Shown here: piece by piece, positions 36,842 to 45,016 of the stretch
How positions within the stretch are numbered: the first letter of the stretch is position 1
Layout of the letters: each line of letters starts with the position of its first letter
Origin: Limisphaerales bacterium
GTDB lineage: Bacteria; Verrucomicrobiota; Verrucomicrobiia; Limisphaerales; JADJPG01
Direction: 5' to 3'
Length of the DNA: 64,000 nt
Assembly (NCBI GenBank): GCA_044230345.1
Contig: JBGARF010000043.1
Coordinates: 1,161 to 65,160, forward strand
Notes under the pieces: generated by a model
The model's database searches: none
The model's input: the letters and a program-made list of their open reading frames with translations, nothing else
Told to the model about the DNA's origin: nothing
Made by a program: the position numbers and the translations under genes

Positions 36842-38464
36842 TCAGAGCGCACCCAAGGAGCGGCCCATCCAGTACGGCAGCAGGAAGTAGCCGCCATCGT
36901 CTTCGCTAGTCCCGCCGGCGCCACCGTCCGGGACGAAGGGATTCCCGTTCCACTTGCTGACGGCCCGCTCATCGGGCGCCAGCAGTTCCTTGATCTGGCC
37001 GCGGGCAAAGCGGTCCGCCGCGGGCTCGAAGGAGACATCCTGGCGGTGCGAGTTCGTCATCGACCACTTGATCAGATCCATGGGAATGCGTTCGAGGGTG
37101 CGCCGTGACTCCTCGCGAATCTCCGGGGTCAATGGGCCCGCTCCGCTGGCCACGCTGATGTAATTCCAAAGTGGATTCATGTCGCGGCGGATCTGGCTCC
37201 ACGTGAAGCGCAGGCCATCGAGGTAAATGGCCTTCAACTCAGGATCCTTTTCGTAGCGGAGCAAGGGATCGTAGGAGAGATAGGCGAGCTCGTCGTCGGA
37301 GAAGTTGATCTCTCCTCCGCCTGGCCAGCGGCGATAGTCCTTCATGTGCTTTGCGTAGCCGCGCTGGATGCGGTCGCGGTAGGCGACGTCATACTTCACA
37401 TCGCCCGTGATGTGATGAGCGGTCTTGAGAAAGGCCAGAAGCTCGATGGCGCGAAGGGCGGCTTCGTATTTTCCTTCCTCCGTCTTGAAGTAGCGTTCCG
37501 ACCACTGGCCCCAGCGCGTGGGTTGGCCGTCGAGATCGATCAGATCGTAGTCGTGGCGGATGAGGTGGTCGGTCAGGCGTCGAACGACCGCCCGGATGGC
37601 GTCCTTCTCCGCGTCGTCGGCGACCAGGTCGAAGTAAAGCGCATAGCCGTAGTAGTGACCGACCGATTCATCGGAACTGGTGTCGCCTTTCCAGAGCCAA
37701 CGTCCGTCCGGCGTGGGATGCCATTCTCCGTGGTCGTGGGGTTGGCCGGCGGCGACAAACGATCGGGCGGGAAAACCGGGGTGTCCGGTGATTTCCTCGA
37801 GGCGCATGAGGAGTTGGAACGAACGACGCGCCTTGGCGCGGGCGTTGGGGAGGCCGGTGACTTTGTAGCGATAACATTGGGCGCCCAGATACATCGCGGT
37901 CCAAAGGCCGTCGTTATCGGAGTCGGAAAGAACGCTCGACGACAGATCTCCGGGCGCGCGCAGGTGGGAGTCAGCCACCATGCCATGCCGGACGTGGCGG
38001 GCTTCGATGCGTTCGTCGAAGTAATCGGCCTTTTGGGCGAGGCTCATCGGCCGCCAGTCGAGGCGGGAAACCCCGTTGCTGGTCCGTATCCAGACCTGTC
38101 GGAACGGCCCGGATTCATCCACGACGATATTTTGAACGGCGTTGTCCTGAAGCCAGCGGCGGCCGTGGAAGTATTGCCAGCGATCCCAGCGGTGGCGGGC
38201 GCCGGGATCAAAGCGGGCCGCGCCGTTCGTCCCTCCGAGCCAGACGGCACCGTTTTTCTCCCGGGCCATCACTCGGAGTCCGGTCACCGGTCCGGGTTCG
38301 TTTCCGGTCCAGGCGGTGGCGTTGGTGGGAGCCGTCTTCAAGGTTGCGGGCACCCCTGGATCGGTCGGTGCCAGTTGCTGGGCGAACTTTTGCCACTGAG
38401 CCGGCGCTTGGGTCATGGTTCCCAGAAAGATGCCAAGCGAGAGCAAGCGGGTGATGGCGGACAT
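36842..38464 (-). CDS. Secreted hypothetical protein
   Basis: The signal peptide is MSAITRLLSLGIFLGTMTQAPAQ. The ORF is long with GC3 bias. DSDNDGLWTAMYLGAQCYRYKVTG hints at an alpha/alpha-toroid glycosidase-like fold, but I do not recognise the family. Confidence 0.75.
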   Translation of the reverse strand: MSAITRLLSLGIFLGTMTQAPAQWQKFAQQLAPTDPGVPATLKTAPTNATAWTGNEPGPVTGLRVMAREKNGAVWLGGTNGAARFDPGARHRWDRWQYFHGRRWLQDNAVQNIVVDESGPFRQVWIRTSNGVSRLDWRPMSLAQKADYFDERIEARHVRHGMVADSHLRAPGDLSSSVLSDSDNDGLWTAMYLGAQCYRYKVTGLPNARAKARRSFQLLMRLEEITGHPGFPARSFVAAGQPHDHGEWHPTPDGRWLWKGDTSSDESVGHYYGYALYFDLVADDAEKDAIRAVVRRLTDHLIRHDYDLIDLDGQPTRWGQWSERYFKTEEGKYEAALRAIELLAFLKTAHHITGDVKYDVAYRDRIQRGYAKHMKDYRRWPGGGEINFSDDELAYLSYDPLLRYEKDPELKAIYLDGLRFTWSQIRRDMNPLWNYISVASGAGPLTPEIREESRRTLERIPMDLIKWSMTNSHRQDVSFEPAADRFARGQIKELLAPDERAVSKWNGNPFVPDGGAGGTSEDDGGYFLLPYWMGRSLGAL

Positions 38465-38520
38465 GCGATGACCGTGGCGGGCGACCGGGAAATTTCAATC
38501 GAAAACAAGGGAGTCACCAT

Positions 38521-38712
38521 GGGTGCCGTGCATCTCGAAGTTGTTGGTAAAAGTTCGCACTGGGCCGGACCGCGGGCTTCCAGCCGGCTTTCAGCCCGCA
38601 GCGGCTTGGGCCGGCGACGACGCCCGAAGGTTCGAGCGCGCAAGGCCGATCCCACCCGCTGTGGGCCATCGGCCCGCGCTCCGATCCAACAACTTCGGGC
38701 TGCACGGCAGCC
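38521..38712. mobile_element. MITE-like element, copy 1 (about 192 bp, 27-nt terminal inverted repeats)
   Basis: The left end is GGGTGCCGTGCATCTCGAAGTTGTTGG. The reverse complement of the right end is GGCTGCCGTGCAGCCCGAAGTTGTTGG, so 24 of 27 positions match. The interior is homologous to 54256-54452 in the opposite orientation. Confidence 0.7.
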
Positions 38713-38749
38713 AGACCGGGCTTGAACTTGAGAAGGGTGATGGCGATGG

Positions 38750-39982
38750 TTGTCCGACAGCGTCGTGAAGAGAGTCCTGATTTTTGCGCACAAACCCCCG
38801 CCACACCATGGCCAAAGTTACATGGTTCAGCTGGTCGTTGACGGATTGAGGCGCGAGCAGGGCGGCGGCGGATCTGCGGAGGGGATCGAGGTCTTCCATG
38901 TGGATGCGCGGTTGTCGGACAGCATCGACGACATTGGCCATGCGGGTTGGCGAAAAGTGTGGCGGCTTCTGGGCTATTGCCGGCAGGCGATCGTGGCGCG
39001 GCTCCGACACCGGGTAAAATGCCTCTACTACGTTCCGGCTCCCGGGCTGCGAGCGGCGGTTTATCGGGACTGGATGGTGATGGCCCTGTGCCGCCCGTTC
39101 TTTCCCCTGTTGGTCTACCACTGGCAGGCGATGGGGCTGGGCGATTGGATTGAGCAGACGGCGCGCCCGTGGGAGCGATGGATTTCCCGACGCCTGCTGG
39201 CGCGACCGGCGTTAAGCATTGTTTTGGGAGAGGTGAATCGCCGGGACGCGCAACAGTTGCAGTCGAAGCAGGTCGTGGTGATTCCAAATGCGACGACCGA
39301 CCCGTGTCCCGGCTTTGACCGCGAGATGCTGGCCATCCGGATCGAACGAGCCAGGGCGCGGGCCGCCGTTTTGGCCGGCGCGGGCGGCGCGGTCGAAGCC
39401 GGGCAGGAGTTTCGGGTCATGTACATCGGCTTGTGCCATCGGGAAAAGGGGCTGTTTGATGCGGTGGAGGCGGTGGCCTTGGCCAACCGGGAGTTGGAGT
39501 TGGCGCAGACTCCCCTGCGCATCAGCCTGTCGGTCGCGGGCGGGTTCTGGCAGGAGAGCGATCGGGTTGAGTTCGAGCGTCGCGTCAAGCAGCCGGATTT
39601 GATCCGGCAGGGTGAGCCGCTGGTGACGTATCTGGGGTTTGTTTCAGGAGCGGAGAAGCGTCAGCTTTTCGCCCGGAGCGATTGCCTGTGCTTTCCCACC
39701 TACTACTCGGCTGAGAGCTTTGGGTTGGTGGTGGTGGAAGCGATGGCTTGGGGATTGCATCTCGTCACCACGCGATGGCGCACGGTGCCGGAAGTCTTGC
39801 CACCGGAGTATCCGGGTGTCGTCGGAATCAAGGCACCGCAGGAAATTGCCGCCAAGCTGATCGAATTCGCGCGGCGTCCCTACGATCCAGGACTGCGCGC
39901 GCGTTTCCTTGAGCGTTATACAGCGGACCAATTTGCCCGCAGTTTGCAAAGGGTTCTGGCCGAGCTGATCCCAGACCCCTGA
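38750..39982 (+). CDS. GT4-family (GT-B fold) glycosyltransferase
   Basis: The C-terminal motif is EKRQLFARSDCLCFPTYYSAESFGLVVVEAMAWGLHLVTT. The start is uncertain: TTG at 38750 or GTG at 38765. Confidence 0.8.
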   Translation: MSDSVVKRVLIFAHKPPPHHGQSYMVQLVVDGLRREQGGGGSAEGIEVFHVDARLSDSIDDIGHAGWRKVWRLLGYCRQAIVARLRHRVKCLYYVPAPGLRAAVYRDWMVMALCRPFFPLLVYHWQAMGLGDWIEQTARPWERWISRRLLARPALSIVLGEVNRRDAQQLQSKQVVVIPNATTDPCPGFDREMLAIRIERARARAAVLAGAGGAVEAGQEFRVMYIGLCHREKGLFDAVEAVALANRELELAQTPLRISLSVAGGFWQESDRVEFERRVKQPDLIRQGEPLVTYLGFVSGAEKRQLFARSDCLCFPTYYSAESFGLVVVEAMAWGLHLVTTRWRTVPEVLPPEYPGVVGIKAPQEIAAKLIEFARRPYDPGLRARFLERYTADQFARSLQRVLAELIPDP

Positions 39983-40117
39983 CGATCCCACGGTACCGCC
40001 GGCGCGAACGTGGCGCCGGTGGGGAGAGGATGGCGTTTGGAAGCTGTCCGTGCCGGCCGCGGCGGGCTGGCCGACGGCGTGGGCGTTTCGTCGCCCGCAT
40101 CGAATCGCCCGATCGAA

Positions 40118-42040
40118 TCAGCCGCCGTGTTTCCAGATCATGTCCGCGACCGTTCGGCCGGCAGGAATGAACGGCAGCACGTGTTCGGAGTAGGGCGTGA
40201 CAATGTCGAGGACGTAAGGCGTCTTCGCATCGAGCATCCGTTGCAGGGCGGCCTTGAGGTCGCGGCGGAACATCACGCGTTCGCACGGGACGTTGAACGA
40301 ATTGCAGACGCGCACGTAGTCCGGATAAATCTGGGCGCGGTTGTCGGGGTTGCCGAGATAGGTGTGTCCGCGGTTGCCGGCGTAAAAATTGTCTTCCCAC
40401 TGCACCACCATGCCGAGGTGCTGGTTGTTCAGGATCATCGCCTTGGCGGCAATCTTTTCCACATGGGCGGTGGCCAGTTCCTGGATGTTCATCAGGAACG
40501 AGCCGTCGCCGTCGATGTCGATCACCTGTTTGTCGGGGCAGGCCACTTTGGCGCCGAGCGCTGCGGGGAAGCCATAACCCATGGAGCCGAGCCCGGCGCT
40601 GGTGATGAACTGGCGGGGGAATTTGTATTTGTACCACTGGCCGCTCCACATCTGGTGCTGGCCGACGCCGGTGGTGATGATGGCCTCGCCCTTCGTCAGT
40701 TCGTAGAGCATGTCGATCGCCATCTGCGGGAGGATCACCTGATCTTCCTGACCCTTCATGTGATCCTTCATGTGATCGCTCTGGGCGATCTCCTGGGTGA
40801 CGCCGTACTGGAAGGGCGCGCGCTGTTTCCATTCCGCAATCTGCTCGTGCCAGGCGGTGTGTTTCCGCACGGCGGTGCGCTTGGCGAGCATCCGGTTCAA
40901 GCGGGCGAGCGCGTCCTTGATGTCGCCCACCACCGGCAGGTGTGCGCGGCGGTTTTTGTTCAGCTCGGACGCATCGATGTCCACATGGACGATGGTGCCG
41001 TGTTTGCAGAACTCCTCGAACTTGCCGGTGACGCGATCGTCGAAGCGCACGCCGAATGCGAGCAGGAGATCGGCGCCGTCCTTGAGTTTGACCAAGGGTT
41101 CGTTGGGGTCGCGACGTTGTTTGTATTCGCCGTTGACGGCCCAGTTGGCGAAGGCGGCCCCGTGCATGCCGAGCCAGCGCAGGGAAAGGGGATGCGTTTC
41201 AGGGAAGCCGCCCACGCCCATGAGGGTGGTGGTGACGGGAATGTGAGTTGTCTCGGCGAACTTGAGCAATTCCTCGGCGGCGCCGCTCGTGATGATGCCG
41301 CCGCCTGCGTAGATGACTGGGCGTTCGGCCTTTTCGATCAGGCCGATGATCTCGTTGAGGGCGAGCTCATCCGCGCGAAGATCCGGCTGTTGATAGCCAG
41401 GGATGCCCGCCCGCATTTCTTCGTGGGTCAGCCACTTTGGCTGGGTGCGGGCTTGCTGGACGTTTTTCGGCAAGTCGATCACCACGGGGCCTGGACGGCC
41501 GGATTGAGCGATAAAGAAGGCTTCCTTGACGATGCGCGGAATGTCGTTGATGTCGGTCACCAGATAGCTGTGCTTCACGACCGGCAGGGTGACACCGATC
41601 ATGTCGGTTTCCTGGAACGCGCCGCGGCCGATCATGTTTTGGTTGACCTGGCCGGTGATGGCGACGAGTGGGCAGGAGTCGAGGTAAGCGTCGGCGATGG
41701 CGGTGACGAGATTGGTCGCGCCGGGGCCGCTGGTGCCCATGCATACGCCGGCCTTGCCGGTCGCGCGGGCGTAGCCTTCAGCCGCAAAGCTGCCCCCTTG
41801 TTCGTGCCGGGGCAGGACGGTCCGGATCTTCGACTTGGTGAGCGATTGGTGGATTTCCATGCTGGCGCCACCGGGGTAGGCGAAGATGACCTCGACGCCT
41901 TCGCGTTCGAGGGCTTCGACCAGAATGTCGCGTCCGAACATGAGCGGACCGACAGTGCCTTTGGAGGCGGGCCCGCGTTTGGACGCAGCGAGATTGGTGG
42001 CGGCTGCTTTCTTTGTTTTGGCGGCGGCTGCTTTGCTCAT
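40118..42040 (-). CDS. ilvB: Acetolactate synthase (acetohydroxyacid synthase) large subunit, biosynthetic type
   Basis: Motifs include FAYPGGASMEIHQSL, TGVGQHQMW and GLGSMGYGFPAALGAK...DIDGDGSFLMNIQELATA. An AGGAAAG Shine-Dalgarno sequence lies 6 nt before the ATG at 42040. Confidence 0.95.
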   Translation of the reverse strand: MSKAAAAKTKKAAATNLAASKRGPASKGTVGPLMFGRDILVEALEREGVEVIFAYPGGASMEIHQSLTKSKIRTVLPRHEQGGSFAAEGYARATGKAGVCMGTSGPGATNLVTAIADAYLDSCPLVAITGQVNQNMIGRGAFQETDMIGVTLPVVKHSYLVTDINDIPRIVKEAFFIAQSGRPGPVVIDLPKNVQQARTQPKWLTHEEMRAGIPGYQQPDLRADELALNEIIGLIEKAERPVIYAGGGIITSGAAEELLKFAETTHIPVTTTLMGVGGFPETHPLSLRWLGMHGAAFANWAVNGEYKQRRDPNEPLVKLKDGADLLLAFGVRFDDRVTGKFEEFCKHGTIVHVDIDASELNKNRRAHLPVVGDIKDALARLNRMLAKRTAVRKHTAWHEQIAEWKQRAPFQYGVTQEIAQSDHMKDHMKGQEDQVILPQMAIDMLYELTKGEAIITTGVGQHQMWSGQWYKYKFPRQFITSAGLGSMGYGFPAALGAKVACPDKQVIDIDGDGSFLMNIQELATAHVEKIAAKAMILNNQHLGMVVQWEDNFYAGNRGHTYLGNPDNRAQIYPDYVRVCNSFNVPCERVMFRRDLKAALQRMLDAKTPYVLDIVTPYSEHVLPFIPAGRTVADMIWKHGG

Positions 42041-42084
42041 AACTAACTTTCCTGACGGGTTGGCGGCCGGGGGCCGCAGGGACT

Positions 42085-42119
42085 AAAAAACCCACGACCG
42101 TTGCCAGCCGTGGGTTTTT
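42085..42119 (-). terminator. Intrinsic terminator/attenuator hairpin in the ilvB 5' leader
   Basis: The minus strand reads AAAAACCCACG-GCTGGCAACGGT-CGTGGGTTTTTT, 44 nt upstream of the ilvB ATG. No gene lies upstream on that strand for it to terminate. Confidence 0.6.
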
Positions 42120-42135
42120 GTCGAAATCGTTTCAA

Positions 42136-42207
42136 TCATCGACAAGCACCAACGGCGTCGCTTGCTACGACGACCAGCAGGTTTACTTGTCCAACGATGT
42201 GAATCAT
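42136..42207 (-). CDS. Candidate branched-chain-amino-acid leader peptide (23 aa)
   Basis: The minus strand ATG ATT CAC ATC GTT GGA CAA GTA AAC CTG CTG GTC GTC GTA GCA AGC GAC GCC GTT GGT GCT TGT CGA TGA encodes MIHIVGQVNLLVVVASDAVGACR. Ten of 23 residues are Ile, Val or Leu. The ORF sits between a promoter-like element and the terminator. Confidence 0.5.
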   Translation of the reverse strand: MIHIVGQVNLLVVVASDAVGACR

Positions 42208-42214
42208 GCGCGCG

Positions 42215-42244
42215 AAAATAGCCACGGGCGAGGGGGTGGGTCAA
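42215..42244 (-). promoter_or_regulatory. Sigma-70-like promoter for the ilvB leader
   Basis: On the minus strand, TTGACC (42244-42239) is followed after 18 nt by TATTTT (42220-42215). The -10 hexamer ends 7 nt before the leader ATG. Confidence 0.4.
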
Positions 42245-42346
42245 GTCGGTTTTGGCGCCCTGAAGCCACGCATAACCCCGATGACCGGGATTGAAATACC
42301 GCAGATTCACGCGGATAAACGCAGATAAAGACGGGCCGACCCCCAA

Positions 42347-43921
42347 TTGATTGGGACGTCCCGTTCCTCCTCAATCGACCCCGAAGAATCTGCGTTTATC
42401 GGCGCGGTCAGCGATTCTTGCTCTGTCGCCGCCGCCCACAAGCTTGACATCCGGGCTCGGCTCTTGGAAAACGCTCGCAAGGTGGTTGAGTTCGGCAACG
42501 AATATTCGGGCTGGCGCGCGTCCGTGGGCGCCCTGGCGGCATTCCATGAAAACGTCGATGAACCGCCCGAGCGCCTGCTGCAGGCGATCTGGTGGCATCA
42601 ACGCGTGCGGCGCGACGAGCTGCGGACCGCGGACGGCCGCGCGATTCGGGTTCTGCACCCGGGCTTTTGGAACCGGGAGGCGGGGCCGGATTTTCGGGGC
42701 GCGGTCCTACAATTCGGAGCGGAACCGCCCGTCGTCGGCGACGTGGAAGTGGACCTGCACTGCCGCGGTTGGCAGGGGCATCGGCACGATGTCAATCCGA
42801 CCTACCGGAACGTGCGGTTGCACGTGGTCTGGAAGCGGCTTGGCGTAGGCGAGGCCGCGCCGGCCATCCTGCCTGTCCTGGCGCTGGACGGCGTTTTGGA
42901 CGCGCCGTTAACCGAGTTGGCGACCTGGTTGTGCAGCGACGTGGTGGGCGAGTTCTCGGAAGAACACCTGGGGCGTTGTTGCGCGCCTTTGCGCGACATC
43001 CCGTCCGACCGGATCGGGAAACTGCTGCTGCAGGCGGCGGGTGTCCGCTTCCGGGCCAAGGCCAGCCACTTGCAGGCGCGAGCCCGTCAGGCCGGTTGGG
43101 AGCAGGCCTTGTGGGAGGGTTTGTTTCGAGCGCTCGGCTACAAACAAAACGTCTGGCCGATGCAGCGCTTGGCGGAACTCCGTCTCCGTCTGGGCCATGA
43201 TTCTCCTCATGAACCCTTGGAATGGCAGGCGAGGTTGATGGGCGCCGCAGGGCTGCTGCCAGACGAATTGCCGCGTCGGAACTCCAGCGGGTCCGCCTAT
43301 GTGCGGGAACTTTGGGACAGCTGGTGGCGCCAGCGGGAATCGTTGCTGGACTGTGCGATGCCACGATCGCTTTGGCAGTTCTCGGGATTGCGGCCATCGA
43401 ACCGTCCGGAACGTCGGGTAGCGCTGGCGGCCCACTGGCTGGCGGCGTCCACCTTGCCGGCAGCTTTGGAACAATGGTGCGCCGCTTCGTGGCCGGATCG
43501 CAAATTGGTGCGATCGCTGGCCGAGGTCGCTTCCGTGGAACCAGACCGGTTTTGGTCGTGGCACTGGACCTTTCGGACACCGCGGTTGCGCCGAGCGCAG
43601 CCCTTGATGGGGGACACGCGGCTTACGGACATTGCCATCAACGTCGTTCTGCCCTGGCTGTGGGTGCGGGCCGGAGAAGGTTGTTCGAGCGCACTTCAGG
43701 CCGAGATTGAACGCCGCTATTTCGTCTGGCCGGCGGCGGAGGACAATGCGGTTTTACGCCTGGCGCGCCGTCGCTTGCTGGGCACCGAATCGTGCGCGTT
43801 GCTGAAGACGGCGGCGGCCCAGCAGGGTTTAATTCAAATCGTGCGCGACTTTTGTGAGCAGTCGAATGCGGTGTGCGGTGGTTGCCGATTTCCGGAGTTG
43901 GTGCGGGATTGGAACGGCTAG
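42347..43921 (+). CDS. DUF2851-family protein
   Basis: ERLLQAIWWHQRV...LHPGFWNREAGPDFRGAVLQF...GDVEVDLHCRGWQGHRHDVNPTYRNVRLHVVW matches my recollection of DUF2851. The start is uncertain: TTG at 42347, or GTG at 42482 or 42524. Confidence 0.75.
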   Translation: MIGTSRSSSIDPEESAFIGAVSDSCSVAAAHKLDIRARLLENARKVVEFGNEYSGWRASVGALAAFHENVDEPPERLLQAIWWHQRVRRDELRTADGRAIRVLHPGFWNREAGPDFRGAVLQFGAEPPVVGDVEVDLHCRGWQGHRHDVNPTYRNVRLHVVWKRLGVGEAAPAILPVLALDGVLDAPLTELATWLCSDVVGEFSEEHLGRCCAPLRDIPSDRIGKLLLQAAGVRFRAKASHLQARARQAGWEQALWEGLFRALGYKQNVWPMQRLAELRLRLGHDSPHEPLEWQARLMGAAGLLPDELPRRNSSGSAYVRELWDSWWRQRESLLDCAMPRSLWQFSGLRPSNRPERRVALAAHWLAASTLPAALEQWCAASWPDRKLVRSLAEVASVEPDRFWSWHWTFRTPRLRRAQPLMGDTRLTDIAINVVLPWLWVRAGEGCSSALQAEIERRYFVWPAAEDNAVLRLARRRLLGTESCALLKTAAAQQGLIQIVRDFCEQSNAVCGGCRFPELVRDWNG

Positions 43922-44038
43922 CGCTCGCACACCGTGGTTTGCTAACGCGGAACTGGGCAGGGCGCGCGGCGAATCTGGTGCGGTAGTCCAGCACCGCGTC
44001 GACGCAACGACATCGCGACACCGCGACGCCCCGGACTT

Positions 44039-44809
44039 TCAATCGTGGCGCGGGTCGTTGTTGTTGCTGGCTCCATCGACATCCAGCCGGGAAAACGGGT
44101 TGTTCTGGAACCCCGCTTTGGCTCCGCTCGGGGAGGACCCTTGGGGTCCGTTCCCGCCTGCGGGTAGATGGTTGTCCTTCCCCGGTTCTTTGTGGTGGTC
44201 CTTGGAGGCATCCGCAGGCTTGGCCTCGCCCGGCTGCTCATGCGGGTTCTTCGCCCGCTTGTTCCGCGGGTGGGGACTGAACATCACGGTGATGCCGCGC
44301 CCGACGAGCTTGGCGGTGTTGTCTGGGTGCCCCCAAGCGGCTACGTCCCGGGTAAACTTTGCGATCTGCTCGAACCCAATCTCGGTGTGGGCCATTTCCC
44401 GGCCGCGGAACCGAAGCGACACTTTGACCTTCATTTCCTCGCAGAGGAAATCGATGGCATGAGCCAGTTTCACGCTCATGTCATGGGGGTCGATTTTGAC
44501 GCTCAACTGGATTTCCTTAACCTTGTTGGCGTGCTGATGCTTTTTGGCGTCCTTCTCGCGCTTGGCCTGCTCGTACCGGTATTTTCCGAAGTCAACCAAA
44601 CGACAGACTGGCGGGGTGGCGTTGGGGGCAACTTCGACCAAGTCCACTCCATTGCTGCGGGCCATGGCCAAGGCATCCTGCAGGGTCAGGACGCCCACCT
44701 GTTGGCCATCCACCCCGATGACGCGAACCTCCCGGGCGCGAATGCGTCCGTTGATCCGCGTGGCGGATGCTTGGTTGAAGGAAGGTCGGGGAGCGAAGGG
44801 ACGACTCAA
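44039..44809 (-). CDS. infC: Translation initiation factor IF-3 with a C-terminal low-complexity extension
   Basis: Motifs include INGRIRAREVRVIGVDGQQVGVL...ALAMARSNGVDLVEVAPNATPPVCRLVDFGKYRYE and KEIQLSVKIDPHDMSVKL. TTG is the first canonical start after the in-frame stop. Confidence 0.9.
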   Translation of the reverse strand: MSRPFAPRPSFNQASATRINGRIRAREVRVIGVDGQQVGVLTLQDALAMARSNGVDLVEVAPNATPPVCRLVDFGKYRYEQAKREKDAKKHQHANKVKEIQLSVKIDPHDMSVKLAHAIDFLCEEMKVKVSLRFRGREMAHTEIGFEQIAKFTRDVAAWGHPDNTAKLVGRGITVMFSPHPRNKRAKNPHEQPGEAKPADASKDHHKEPGKDNHLPAGGNGPQGSSPSGAKAGFQNNPFSRLDVDGASNNNDPRHD

Positions 44810-45016
44810 GCCGCCCCCACCGGTTGAGGTTGACTCATGCGAACTTGGAAGAACTCAGCAAATGCATCCCGCGCAAATGATGGGAGGTAATTACGGAAGT
44901 CGGCTCGGAAAGGCAAGCGATTTTTCTCGGGAGTTTGGCGGGTTTTTAACGGGTTAAGCCTCCCTCCAGGAGGCCGATATTGGTGCCGGAGCCCAACCTC
45001 CCGGAGCTTTTATCGC

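Noticed and set aside
40010-42046. 678-aa plus-strand ORF, and many other long ORFs antisense or out of frame to real genes (for example 22061-23827, 27845-29512, 45269-47356, 9619-10941, 11200-12666, 12997-13965, 37346-38725, 60783-62045, 61957-63186, 39828-40832)
   Set aside because: They overlap genes with unambiguous conserved motifs on the other strand or frame. Their translations are Arg/Gly/Ala/Pro-rich and motif-free, the usual artefact of stop-codon-poor GC-rich DNA.
42083-42139. Second mini-ORF, MIETISTKTHGWQRSWVF, overlapping the leader stop (ATGA) and reading through the terminator
   Set aside because: It is Ile/Thr-rich at the start, but it spans the terminator hairpin itself and has no independent support. 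I treat it as incidental unless comparative data show conservation.
42041-42346. T-box or riboswitch control of ilvB
   Set aside because: I could not see a T-box consensus or any riboswitch core that I recognise. The BCAA-rich mini-ORF plus terminator is a simpler explanation. An Rfam scan is still needed.
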